From Phoronis australis (Eukaryota > Animalia > Phoronida), in the NCBI GenBank assembly GCA_002633005.1, contig NMRA01000121.1, positions 794,897-858,896 of the forward strand: 64,000 nt of DNA, in the 5' to 3' direction. Both the position numbers and the translations under genes were made by a program. Each line of letters begins with the position of its first letter. The stretch's first letter is position 1. Below the pieces are notes generated by a model. That model was not told where the DNA came from, did not search any database, and was given only the letters and a program-made list of their open reading frames with translations. This document shows positions 50,751-62,900 of the stretch, in pieces.

Positions 50751-53700
50751 NCTTCAGTAGAGGTTAAAGACACGGACAATGCTAATCAGGGTATTTTAAA
50801 AGGTCCTGCAGATATAGTCATGGACCAGGAACAGAATGAAGACGCGGAGGTAATAGAACAGGAAGTGAAAACTACAACCAGCCCCCAATTGTTACCGCCA
50901 AGCCAAAATTCGCGACCAAAGACAGCACCGAGGGAGCCAGTATCATCGAACAGGTAATTTTAAATCTTTAATTTTAATTATTTCTAAAAGATTAGTGAAA
51001 CCACTGTTAGTTGATCAATTCAAATGTATAACACGAAAACGTGTCTCAAAACCGGATTAAAATTAATCCCCTTTAATTCAAAATGTTGATTTATACAAAT
51101 GTTAGAGAGTGCTTTAAAATACTTCAACTTGTGTTTGTGAAGCTTCATTTCAAATCAATAAAAGTACCCAGGATATAAAGCAACGGCCATAATATCATAA
51201 GCGCTTCCTTTGCCTAAGCTGTCTGATTAAATTTATCGATGACCATTTTTAAACAATCTTGTTAAAATATATTCAATTTAATCGTATGAAGCTCTGTGCT
51301 CCTGGATGGATATCAATGTCATGATATGAAAGGCTTCGTCGTATAACAAAACCTGACCTTCCACTACTGCTTGGTGAAGAATACGTCACGCAATCCTAAT
51401 GCTCGTTCAGTCAGTCGTTGCTATTACAATAGACCTTGGGCGAAATCTATCCCTGGTCTCCCAACTGCAACTTAGTTTTGATATATTTAATAACATTCTT
51501 TAATTTAGTATGAACAAAAGACATGTTTTTGATTTTGTGCACCAATAGGTTTTTGGCAGATGAGAACATAATCCAATATTGAAGCTATGTTTTCGAGCTT
51601 GAACTCGAAATCTCGACTTATAGCTTGAATCTTGGAGTCACCAAATTCAAACTCGAGTTATTTGTACAACTGCCTAAATCATGCAGTGCATATCAATTCA
51701 AAGAAAAATCTTACCGGGCACACGGAAGCTGTGCGAGTGTATAAAACTGTATGCAAGCCAGCATAAACCTAAAAAGCGTAATTGCGGGTAAAAAATTTGG
51801 TCGGGTCAGAACTTTAAAATCCACAATACAACCCAGCGTAGGTCAATAGGCAACTAATTAGTCTTTTTTTCTTCTCACGACGCGAAATGGGAAATAATTA
51901 AAGTTGCATTTAATAGGATATTTTAAAACACTACTTGACCACTTAAACTGCGTATCCCGTTGGTATTTCCATGTTCAGCTAACCAGAAAAAATCAAAGAT
52001 ATGCCACTTTTATCAACAAAATCAGTCACAAATTCTTGCTGATTCACTGGCTTAGTAAACATATTTCACATTTTTTTATCAAACACAGAGTGGAACGGAA
52101 GCACAGTTGTAACTGTTTGAATTCGAATATAGTCTTATCAGCTGTTGAAAACTTGGTAATTTTTGACGAAGCTCGATAAGTTAACAAGCGTGCCCAGGGT
52201 ATTCGTCCTTTTAGAGAGTAAGTGCGATTCAAATGTACATTTTTGTGAACTTCTATGGGAACGCAGCTTTTGTAGAGGGTTTTCAAGGGACGTTATTGGT
52301 TTTAATGCCGAAAATGCATTTTTGGGGTTATTGTTGGGTGGAATAAATAGACTTCTTGAAGTTATTAGCTTTGACTATACAAAACAAAGAAATCCGTTAT
52401 TTTGTGTCACTTAATCACAAATCGCCAATTTTCACCGCTGCCCACTTGCCAGTCGCTGCAATCGAGGCTGGTGACTTCACGAGTCGCTAAAAACACTCTT
52501 CCGTTTACCGAGTGGAGTTTATAGCTCCACCAGCTGAGCGTTATGCGCCGACCGCGGGTTTTGTAGGTTCGATTCCACGTTGAGAATGACCGCAGAAAAT
52601 CACAGTTCTCGCCGATAATGTCCTATAAATGTTCTTCTTAAATCAAAAGTGAATGATAAAGATTGTGCAGCAACGCAAAAATCAAATCCCATAACCCTGG
52701 TAAATTCGAAACCCTTGTGTAGTGCACCGTTACAAACATAAACCCTTCTGTAGTGCATGCATCGCTACAAACATAAACCCTTCTGTAGTGCATCGTTACT
52801 GACATAAACCCTTCTGTAGTGCACCGTTGCAAACATAGACCCTTCTGTAGTGCATCGTTACAAACATAAGCCCTCCTGTAGTGCATCGTTGCAAACATAA
52901 ACCCTTCTGTTGTGCATCGTTACAAACATAAACCCTTCTGTAGTGCATCGTTACAAACATAAACCCTTGTGTAGTGCATCGCTAAAGACATAAACCTTGT
53001 GTAGAGCTCAGGCCAAAGGTAGGGAATTTAATCGGAATATTCACTGTTACGTGGAGAGTGCGAGCGGCACACCACCGTATACCTCACCTATGTAAGTGAC
53101 CCAGGCCGCTAACGCTTTGGTCATGATTTTCCCCGTAACGTTTTCGAAAGTGGCCATCTGGGAGGACGTTTTCGGGTGGAATATAATTTTCATAAAATTA
53201 TGTTCTTTATGAAGTTATTCAGTGCAATTTTTCTGTTGAATCAATCTTTTTCGGGTAATCTTTATGTTACTTATGAAGTCGAATTTTTTATTTTCCACTT
53301 GATAAAACGCTTCAAATTAATGTTGCAGTAGCTAGGGATACTGCTTCCAGGCCAAGGTTTGTCGTCTCACGAGGTTGTACGATTCTCTCAGAGTGAAACC
53401 ACAAAAGAGTAATCTTATTTACTCGCAACTGACGATGTCAAGTGGTCTCGGACTTATCTGCTTTCACAGCACTATAGCATATTAAGTAGTGACTGAGTAC
53501 ACAATTTCACAACTTCACAATAAGGTCAAACCAATAAAGTCAGTGTCAAATTTAAAAGGGAACAAAGGGATTTCAAAGTTGGCGTGTTTGAGTTCATAAA
53601 AGTCACGGTTCCTACACAGACGCATTCTTTTCTATCACTTTCGCCTTCCCTGGGTGGTCGCCACCAAACTTTCGCCTCTCAATTACGCTGCAAGTTGTTT

Positions 53701-54110
53701 GTGAGGCTGTACAGGGTCAATAAACCTGTCCCCTTATGCAAATTCATGGATCCGACTTAAAGGTAAATTAGTGAACCCAAAGTCGAAAATTTGATATGAG
53801 CTCCATGTTTGTTCGCGCGTGTAGGGCTAACAACTTCGTTGGTGTCTCAATGAGAAACCCGATTTTCACCAAATGATGCTATTGAATAAAGGTGCCTCTT
53901 TTTGACATCCCAACAGAGAGCAGGAAACAGCTCTCATCTCAGCATTGGGGCATTCAATTGTGCGATAAGGACTCACCGTGATTTACATGAATACTTGTAT
54001 GCTGGCATTTTTATGGGAAGGTCACTTGTATCATTTGCGGCACCTAGTGAACTTCACGTTCCCCATTTCTGTTATTTCATTAGATGCTGAACATCCATTC
54101 TTCGTTGCAG

Positions 54111-54549
54111 ACCAAAAGCAAAAAGAAGCAAACAACCCAAAAGCGCTGAAACGAGACCATCACCGGAGTCATCCGAACCTATATTCAAGTGTTGGGTTGA
54201 TGACGTCACTGTATCTAGTGTCTGCCAACAAGAAGAGGTCGAACTTGACGGTGCCAACGTACCCAACGACCTGGCGAACGATGTCGCTAAAATCGCCTTA
54301 GATAAACATGTAGAGATAAAAATTGACGTTCCCGTGGATCCCCCCAATAATGATCCTGTTACAAATGGCGACAAGGGTAGCATAGAAGAGACGACGGTCA
54401 TCAGTTTGCAAGACTTGCAAGAATGCGAGTGGACATTGCCGGAGTTCGTCTGCCCAAGCTCTGAAGAGAAATCAAAGGAGGTGGCTATCAAGGAATGGCT
54501 ACAAAAAACTAGTTTCACGGCAGCAGATAAAACTGTACCGCTGCTATAG
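54111..54549 (+). CDS. Uncharacterised protein, last coding exon (...WTLPEFVCPSSEEKSKEVAIKEWLQKTSFTAADKTVPLL*)
   Basis: Acceptor TTCGTTGCAG; phase joins the 48648 donor and the frame stays open to TAG at 54549; AATAAA at 54601. Confidence 0.75.
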
Positions 54550-55037
54550 CCTTGTACCTGTCTTTAGAATGGTTTATTTTTCAAAAATGTCACCACGATG
54601 AATAAAGTATTAAGAAGACACAGCAAGTTTCTCAAACCGTTCCCTATTTTCAAAACGCACGTGAACCTATGAAATAAAATTTGCATGCGCATTCTTGACG
54701 CATTTTAATATAACTCAATTAAAAAGCGGCTACGAACCCATTTCCGTAAGAAAACAAGGCTTTTGATTCAGACCGTTTGCCATCAAACTGGTCTCAACCA
54801 GTACCTTCTTCCTATATAAGGGATTTATGGGCTTGAAAATAATTCATGGCTAGTTACTGCTTCACGCTATGCTTGAACACAAAATAACCCGCCGGGCCAA
54901 TCTAGTTTAATGAGTCTAGTATCGAGCAGCAACGAATTACCAAATCTTCTTAAATTTGCATTTCGCCTTATTTAGCTGGCTAAAATACTAAAATCGAATT
55001 AGGCCTTATACCCTCGTAAAATCGGTCTCATAGTATT

Positions 55038-55271
55038 CAGAAGCGGATCTATGGGGGGTTCAGGGGGTTCAAACCACCATCGGGACAGGATCAAAAATAA
55101 AAATTGAAAGAAATTTCGCCAGAAAAACTAAATAAGCTGCTAAAAACCACAACAAATCTTACACGGGAGGGGGAAAACACCCTCCCGACCTTCCTTCCGC
55201 TCGGGGCTATGCGCCTCGAATTCACTCGAACCCTAACCCCCCCCCTTACTGAAAACGTACATCTGCCACTG
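55038..55271. mobile_element. CAGTGGCGGAT-family MITE
   Basis: CAGAAGCGGATCTATGGGGGGTTCAGGGGG...ATCTGCCACTG; left end similar to 37361-37410. Confidence 0.6.
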
Positions 55272-56735
55272 AGCAATATTCATTGACATGACAGGATTTA
55301 ACGTCCTGAAATTCGCACCTGGAAAATGGCGCATCAACGCATTGTTTGTTACATGAGGTGCCAGTTTATTCCACAATAACTCAATATCGGATGAACGTGG
55401 TCTGTAATATTTAGAAACAAGAAAGCGAATTCAACCCTGACAGCTAAACGAGTGAAATGTTGCTTTAAACATCTTTAGGGGAGAACACTTTTTCACTGCA
55501 ACAAGCTCGGTCGGTTGACAACCGAGACTTCTCCTTAGCCACAAAAGCATAACTTCAATAGGTAAATCCAGGGAAAACTTTTGACTACAGAAATTAGGGA
55601 TTTTCGAATCAACATAAATGTTTACTCGTCTCGCTGGTTCATTAAACTTACAGGAAGTAAGAAAGAAATGACACTCCACGCATGTATCCACGTGCCTGGC
55701 TGATTTCTTATCGTGCATTATAATTTTCCAAGAGGGTAGGGGTGGAGATAGGTATTTTTCCATTAAACAGTCAGGTGCATGTTTCAAAACCAGGCAGACG
55801 CCAAGATTAGATCCAAGCGTGCTATTGTTTTTAGCCTCAGGTGTGGTTTTCAAAAGAAAAGTCTTAATGATTGTTATTGGATTTATCATAATTTTCTTAG
55901 CTGGAATTAACTGAACAGATAAACTATCGTGGTAATATTGCAAAACCCACTCAAATTGACTTTGCTGTATTCCTCTGCGTTGGACCTGGAGTCTATCTTT
56001 TTATTGGAACTCGAAATTGAATTTGACCTTTTCTTCTATATTATTACAAAATGAATAGAAGTTTCTGTTATTCTGTGCTCGAATATAGGAATGTTTAGCA
56101 TGACGTCATTTTGACGTCATTAGGACGTTTTGGACCCGTGTGTGACGTATGTCTATTCTTATTTCCGGGACCAAATTGCGTCATCTACTGCCATCAAGCT
56201 ACAAACTCGAATAAAACTCCAGAATTGCAGCACAAACTCAAGACTTCGAGTTAAGGTTCGATCTTATAGCATTAGAATCATCAAGTGCAAATCATAATGT
56301 GCTGCAGCACAGAATAATAGACAGTTATCTTCAGGAAAAGAAGAACTGAAGAAGTCGCGTAAAACACAATCTCGAATACAAAATTTAATCCCGGCCCAGT
56401 TGCGCAATAAACTGGAAAAATTATGACATGCTTTTATTCATAGTTAATTGAAAAAGCCCAAAAATTTTAAGCTTCCGGTGTTTTAATAAAAAATGAAAAA
56501 TTTGTAGAAGTTACCTATATGAAGAACAAAACGTGAGTTTCCCCAAATAATTGCATTTTAATTGAGCAATGTCACTGCGGTATTCCATAAAATATGAGCG
56601 TAGGCCTACAGCTAAAACAAGACTATGTGACTGATTTGTAGGATATCTTCAGGGATGCTGTCATTTGTTGTGACTCGAAGTAACTAAGTACACCTCCAAT
56701 AGGCCACTGTTTCACCAACCGCCAGAGTTTCATAA

Positions 56736-56998
56736 CTAAACACTTTTGGCGGCCTTCACCATATTGGTAAGTTTCTGAATTAAAATGGATTCAGGTAGAA
56801 ATCCCAGACCACAATCTGGAGCCACGGCAAGGCGATCACGTGGTATGTGACGCAAAACTTCTACCAGTCTTTCCTGTATTTCAGCAACAGTTTCAACGCG
56901 GCTACACGCCACCTTCACCACGCCAAGGATGATCTTCGTTTTCTTGAAGTTGCTGAACAAAGCCAGGTCATTGTGGCGGTGAGCGTCTTCAAGAGAAA
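56736..56998 (-). CDS. MetE-like last exon (ISLEDAHRHNDL...APDCGLGFL...AAKSV*)
   Basis: Acceptor TTTCAG; TAG stop at 56736-56738. Confidence 0.93.
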
Positions 56999-59900
56999 CT
57001 GAAAATTACCGCAAAATTTAGAAAATGAAATAAAAAATTGACTCCGTAGGTCACAACAAAATTCTGTTACTTAATTCAATCAGCGGACATATCGGAGTGG
57101 TTAGGCTCTGCCTAAAATGATTGCACCTGGTTGACCAAAATATTATATCATTCTGCACATTTTAAGACGTCCTATCTCACCTGCCTTCTTATAAAAATTC
57201 TACCTCTGAATACGGTATAAATGTGGGATAGACATTTCGTATTTTCTTCCCGCAGACGCCAGTGTGTGCCATGCCTAATGTATATTCATAAGCAGAGAAT
57301 TTCGGCTAAACAAAAGTTCTATTCTGATTTCAGAAAATGCGTTGTTTGAGATTGTAAGAACGCTTCGAAACTGAAGCTAAATTCGTCTGATTATTAGACT
57401 TCATCGACAGCAACACAGCAAGGATGGTGTACATCAAGGTCGCGTACCGTAGCTCGAATACATACATCTGCGGCGAAAGATCTTTGACCCTGTGTATCCC
57501 TGATCATGACGTATGTCCCATAATTCAACATTCCATTCTCACCGACCAATACTAATTAATGGACGTCATTTGATGCCGCAAGTAAGTTACTGGCGAAAAA
57601 ATCGGAAATCACTCGCGTGATTTTACGCGGTTACTGCGTGATCTAGCTTTTCTCACCATAAACTTGGTCTACGGAACGCACCCTTCTTATGTACAGAAGT
57701 CAGGTTATCCCAATAGCCATGTCTCAAACTTGATTGAAGGACAGGCAACGTGTCTCATTGAGTTCTGTAAAAACTACTCACTGGCATCAAAGCCGGCGTT
57801 GTCCAGTTTATTGGACAAGTCGAGATACGCGTTCTTGTCCGCCTTTTGGTAATCCTCTTGGTCCTAGAGAAGCAGAGTGAAGCAAAACATACTTGCAAAG
57901 GGATGAATTGTAACTTTTGATATTAAAAATATAGTATAAATTTAGGTTCCCATTTAAAGATGTTCTTGATCATCAGCAATTATTATAATATAACGACTTG
58001 GTCTACCTGATCAGTGTGAATGTTCAATGACAAAACTGTGGTTCTAAATTAGGACAAGTGCATTGAATTGCGTCAGTGCTAACTTTTGATTTAGACCACT
58101 TACCGCCTTATTTAGACCACTTACCGCCTTAATATTTAGACCACTTACCGTCTTATTTTGATGACAAGTGATTTATGGGTTTGTAAAAAGAGCTGGCAGT
58201 TCCCTTTTTCTTGAGACAATACACCGTACATAAAATAACACACTGTGACCGCCAACTAACACATCCTAGTCTCGAGCTACAAGGAACTGCCAGTCATGAC
58301 ATTACCTCCAGTTTGACTACAAAAACAGTTTGAGACCAATTTCAGACCGTAGAGTCGTCTAAACATGCTGAACATTCTTACCAAATATGTAGGGTATCCG
58401 CAGCACAGGTGAATGGTCTTTGTCACGTGACTGTCGACACCCTAGGTTTCGGAAAGAAAATAACATTTGTATAGGAGCATAGCAATTACTTTGTTACTTT
58501 GCAAAATAATTTATTATAGAGATAGACTTGGAATTTGTTGTATATAAATGGTCATTTTTTTCTGCTTCGTGGGAAAAGGTTTATTTTGAAGACTGCCATA
58601 TAAACTACAGAGTGAATTATAAACGAAGCGAAACAGACCAGTGAGACGGTTACGCTGCATTTCGACCGGCCTGTTTAGTTGTAACTTTAAACATATTTCG
58701 ATTTCTTAACAAAAGAGTCTAAGCCAACAGCTGATTTGGAAGTGATCACACGGAATGGTCCTTCTGATGTCACCTGACTAGACCTATTTTTAAATGGAAT
58801 TGTAGTGCGCGCCACATTTCAGGGTTGGCCAACTCCAATGAAATCAACGATATTCCTACGCGTTTCGCGACCTGTTGGGTTCAGTGCTGTAGTGGGGCGT
58901 AGGCGCACGTAGGCGAAGCCAACCACCTTTTGGCATTTGAACGTAGCGCCTACGCACCGTAAGTTACGTTCAGTGCTCAAGGTGATACGGTGGGCTTTGG
59001 GCGCCTACTTACCTGTAATTTTACCACTGCAGCACTGGTTGGGTTCGCATGTTCTTGGTAAAAGAAAACAAGTCCTATCGTGGTGAGGAAATGTTCGAGT
59101 CAGAGCTTATAAGAGAAAAATGTCAATTCGATTGTAGATTTTTATTCTGTGATACAAGGAGATATGCAGCTTTAACTGGAATGAAAATGACAAGAAACCA
59201 CGTGACAGAAGATAGGTTTGGTAGATGTCTGAGATGTTGATATATTTCCTGCAATCTGTTGGAATGCGATTTTGAGAATATTGCAGCAGGCGAGTTTTGA
59301 TTTGTTGCAGAGCAAAGAATGACAGCAAATCGCAGGAAAAACACTCGCCTGTGAGGCTAGCTTAAGACACTGTTCTTGAAAGTGTTTGTCATTCCTTTTC
59401 ATTTTTACCGAAAACCACGACTTTCGTAGAAATTCGTAGAGTGTGATCGAGTAGACAGCTGACAAAGGAACGTTTCCATGGTCTACGTTCGTAAACGCCT
59501 CAGACTTTCCGTGAGATAAATTTATATACACTGTACCTCAAAACACTTGGCTAAGTCGTCAATGCCGTAGTCAAGAGCGACCTCTGGTAGACGTACTAGC
59601 AACGGCTCGTCAATCTGAATATGTTGGCAACCAGCCTTTGAAAGGGCAACGACTTCGCGATTGATGAGCGTCACCAAAGTTTTGTTCAGTTCTTTGTCAT
59701 TGTGGTAAAAGTCATCTGGAGGGAAAAGAAATTTTTAGAAATAGACCGCTGTTGCGTTGATGCTAATGAGATGCAAATCTTAACATTCGATTAAGACAAT
59801 TTCTGAATCTTGAAGAATAAAATTTCATATGAGTATTTTAGTTTGTGCATGTGTTCAAGACTGAGTCTTATCTATCTGTGTCAGTCACAACAAAACACAT

Positions 59901-62900
59901 TTTCTCTGTGTCACCAGGTGGCGAAACCAGCTCGACCACGAGTTAATGGCTCACTAAGAATTGAAACAAAACGTCGCCGAAAATCGAAGGCACTTCGTGA
60001 GTCCACTTGAAAAAAGTTTGGCAAAAAGACAGTTTTCTAAGAAGGGAAGCAGAAGAAATGAAGCCCAGTTATCAAAAGCAAAAGTGATCGCTTAGCAATG
60101 CTTTCGACGTCCGATATTACATTGTCGTGCTTTTCATGAACATACCGCATGTGGTACCACGTTGAGACAACACTGACCAGATAACAGTAAGATTATATAC
60201 CCTAAGTGTTGGCTTACGGTCAGGAGTAAATGCATTTTCTAGTATGAGATCCAAACATTGCGCACCAGTGTAATGCAATGTCATCGTATCTTCTCCGAAA
60301 CAAATTTTAAGTTATTTTTAGAGACTGTGAGACTGCGTTAATGTCAAGTTGTGCGCCTTCCCAATGACACGGATTACGTTGAATGGTTTTGACTGGACTT
60401 TATTAAGCAGAGTTCAATTTCGAACGCGTTTTTGCGATAAGGAAGCAATTTTATCGGGTCGGCGAAAAGTTCACAGTACACGCGCGCTCTCGGCGCACAA
60501 GTCCCTTGAAGCTCATCCCGATTCCTTCCAATTTGTATGATGAGAAAATAGCATTTTATCCTCGTCTACACTGTTTAGACAGGCATTTCGTAGACCCAAG
60601 GCATTACCCATGCACTTGCGATGAGAAATCTTCCCTTATGGAGCGGAAACAATGAATTTTCTCCATAATTCAACATTCCAACCCAACTGACCATTCATTT
60701 CAGTGATCCCGCCATTTTGCTGGGCTACACTAGTATAGATGTCCAGCACACTCGCGAAACACTTGGTTTTCAATTGCGTGATTTAGCGTGGTTTTCGGTG
60801 TGATCTCGCTTTTCGCGCAAGAGACTACGGAAAGCGCCACTGAACTGATCACCCGAAACTTATTGCTGTAGTGAGAGAGTTGCGTTCAGGGCAGCACCAC
60901 GTGCATGTAGTGAGGGAAACCACGGCGAAACCATAAGCCTAAATAGACATTTTAAAGGCGAAGGCAACCTTTTTCCATGTCATTTTGAGCTAAAATAAGG
61001 TTGGTTTGTTATCCTAGACATATTTTCCACTTAATTACAGCTTTTCGTAATTTTATTAATTACTCGCCCGCTCTTCCGGAAGTGACGTTTTAGGAGGCAA
61101 GCATTTCGCGCTTATTTCTTTTCATATAGTCTGACTGTGAGAGCTGCCGAGTCAGTCATTGTTCTACCTCGGTTGTGTTAAGTTCCGTCATCGTTTGCTT
61201 TCATTAACTAGTCAGTCAATATGCCACACTGTTGCTGCGTACCAGGATATACTAATTATCGCCTCACGCGCGCTTTGGGAGTACCTTTGCATCGCTTTCC
61301 GATGGATGACACACTTCGCCGTACTTGGCTCGTTCGTGTGAAGAACGCAGCGTTACCCGTCCACTTAACGCACAAAGCAGTGGAGAATTACCGTGTGTGT
61401 GGGAAGCACTTTCTGCCGTCCGATTACGAAAGGGATTTGTACGCTGAACTTATGAAGGACCCTGCGAAACAACGTCTGAAGAAGGTTGTCATTCCGTCTG
61501 TGTTGATTCCCGGCAGTGCCCCGTCGCCACCCTCGAGACGTGCGTATTTGAAGCGAGAAGCCTCGCGAGCTGTGGCCAGTACAGTGACTGGAGTCAGTGG
61601 GGGCACTTCATCTAGTGTCACCCGTGCCTCCGAACGTACCCCCAGAGCGTGCAATTCCTGGAACCAGTAGTGATTCGCTCTGGGCTGTTTTCTCCAGCAC
61701 AGAGCCTCTAAGCAGCCCTACAGCGATATTGAGTAGTGGGAGTGATTACAGGCTCAGTTCGACACCCAGTGAAGAGGACAGTTCGTCGTCCAGTGAACAG
61801 ATCGGTGAGCCAAACTTTGATAAGTTTATTGTGGACTTTTCTAAAGTGTTGAAGCTATTTAGAAGGTATCAGGTGTGTGGCGAGAGAGTCACACGACACG
61901 ATGTAAGCAGTTTGGGTGCTCATGTCACCATCCAGTGGGAGTGTGTCGCGGGACACTCTGGCAAGTGGGACAGTTGTTCCTCTGTCCGTGGTATGCCGAA
62001 AGTCCACTTAACCATGTCCAGTCTTGGCCTCGTCGAACTCTGAACAGCACAAGCATTCCATTGAGGTAGGCATAACAACGCACACAGTGCATAATTTGCA
62101 CCAAGATGTGTCACCACGTCTGTCCTCAGTAGCCGCCTCGTTTCTCTCAACAGCTGCCTGTGCCTGGGCGTACTCCGCCTCGTTATACTCGGGCTCAAAC
62201 CCACCCACTGAATGTCCGTGAAAAAATTCCTTGTCACCACTGCTGTAAAAAAGGTCTCCGTCACTCACACTACTGTCACTGTGATTCGGGTCACCGACTC
62301 CAGCCATTTTCAGCTTACAACACACTAAACAATCCCTAAATCCAACGTAGATGAGTTCTCTACTAACCTATCTTGCCGCAGAATACTCGCCGATAGAAAG
62401 TGGTGGCGACAATTGTTGAAAAACAGCACAAAACAAAAGTAGAATAGAACAGATTCGCACGGTAAAGTCAACGCAAAACCAAGTGGCGGGAAACGCTTGC
62501 CTCCTAAAACGTCACTTCCGGAGTAGCGGACGAGTAATCTATAAAATTACGAAAAGCTGTAAGTAAGGGGAAAATATGTCTAGGATAACCAACCAACCTC
62601 ATTTTAGCTCAAAATGACATGGAAAAAGGTTGCCTTTGCCTTTAAGAGATAAGAAACGTGGTGAATTTTGTCCCATTTTCCCAAGTGTCAAGGTGCTAAC
62701 CCGTTACTGGAAATTCGGCTGCACCTGATTGACTGGTAAGGATGGATTAACAGTTTTAAAAGTCAGAAATCGTTATTTAGAACCAATCTGATGTCTTAAC
62801 CGGTTGACCCGGCGGAACCGACGAAGTCAATCAAGTGTACCGGTTATGTAAGAACATTCTTTGAAATCATACCCTTCTTCCATTTCTGTTGATGCTGGTC

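Larger units (their letters stand above)
48447..52960. repeat. ~2.3-kb tandem duplication (48447-50750 and 50752-about 52960) joined at a single N; likely uncollapsed haplotypes
   Basis: The second copy starts mid-exon at the N (50751); scattered SNPs and indels; different minisatellite copy numbers. Confidence 0.9.
60956..62641 (+). mobile_element. Internally deleted Kolobok-type DNA transposon (1686 bp)
   Basis: TTAA TSD on both sides; AGG termini; ~155-bp highly similar TIRs (AGGC(G/A)AAGGCAACCTTTTTCCATGTCATTTTGAGCTAAAAT...); two convergent truncated ORFs. Confidence 0.9.

Noticed and set aside
50383-53004. CRISPR-like 31-bp repeats and the ORF 52638-52898 read through them
   Set aside because: Spacer-less minisatellite; the ORF is just translated repeat.
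54072-54518. 148-aa minus-strand ORF (also 48077-48373)
   Set aside because: Antisense shadows of the uncharacterised plus-strand gene.
55431-55943. 170-aa minus-strand ORF
   Set aside because: Non-ATG start, no recognisable motif and no splice context linking it to a neighbouring gene.
61221-61670. Host (domesticated) THAP transcription-factor gene
   Set aside because: It lies between TIRs with a TTAA TSD, has lost a zinc-ligand Cys and frameshifts into transposase sequence.
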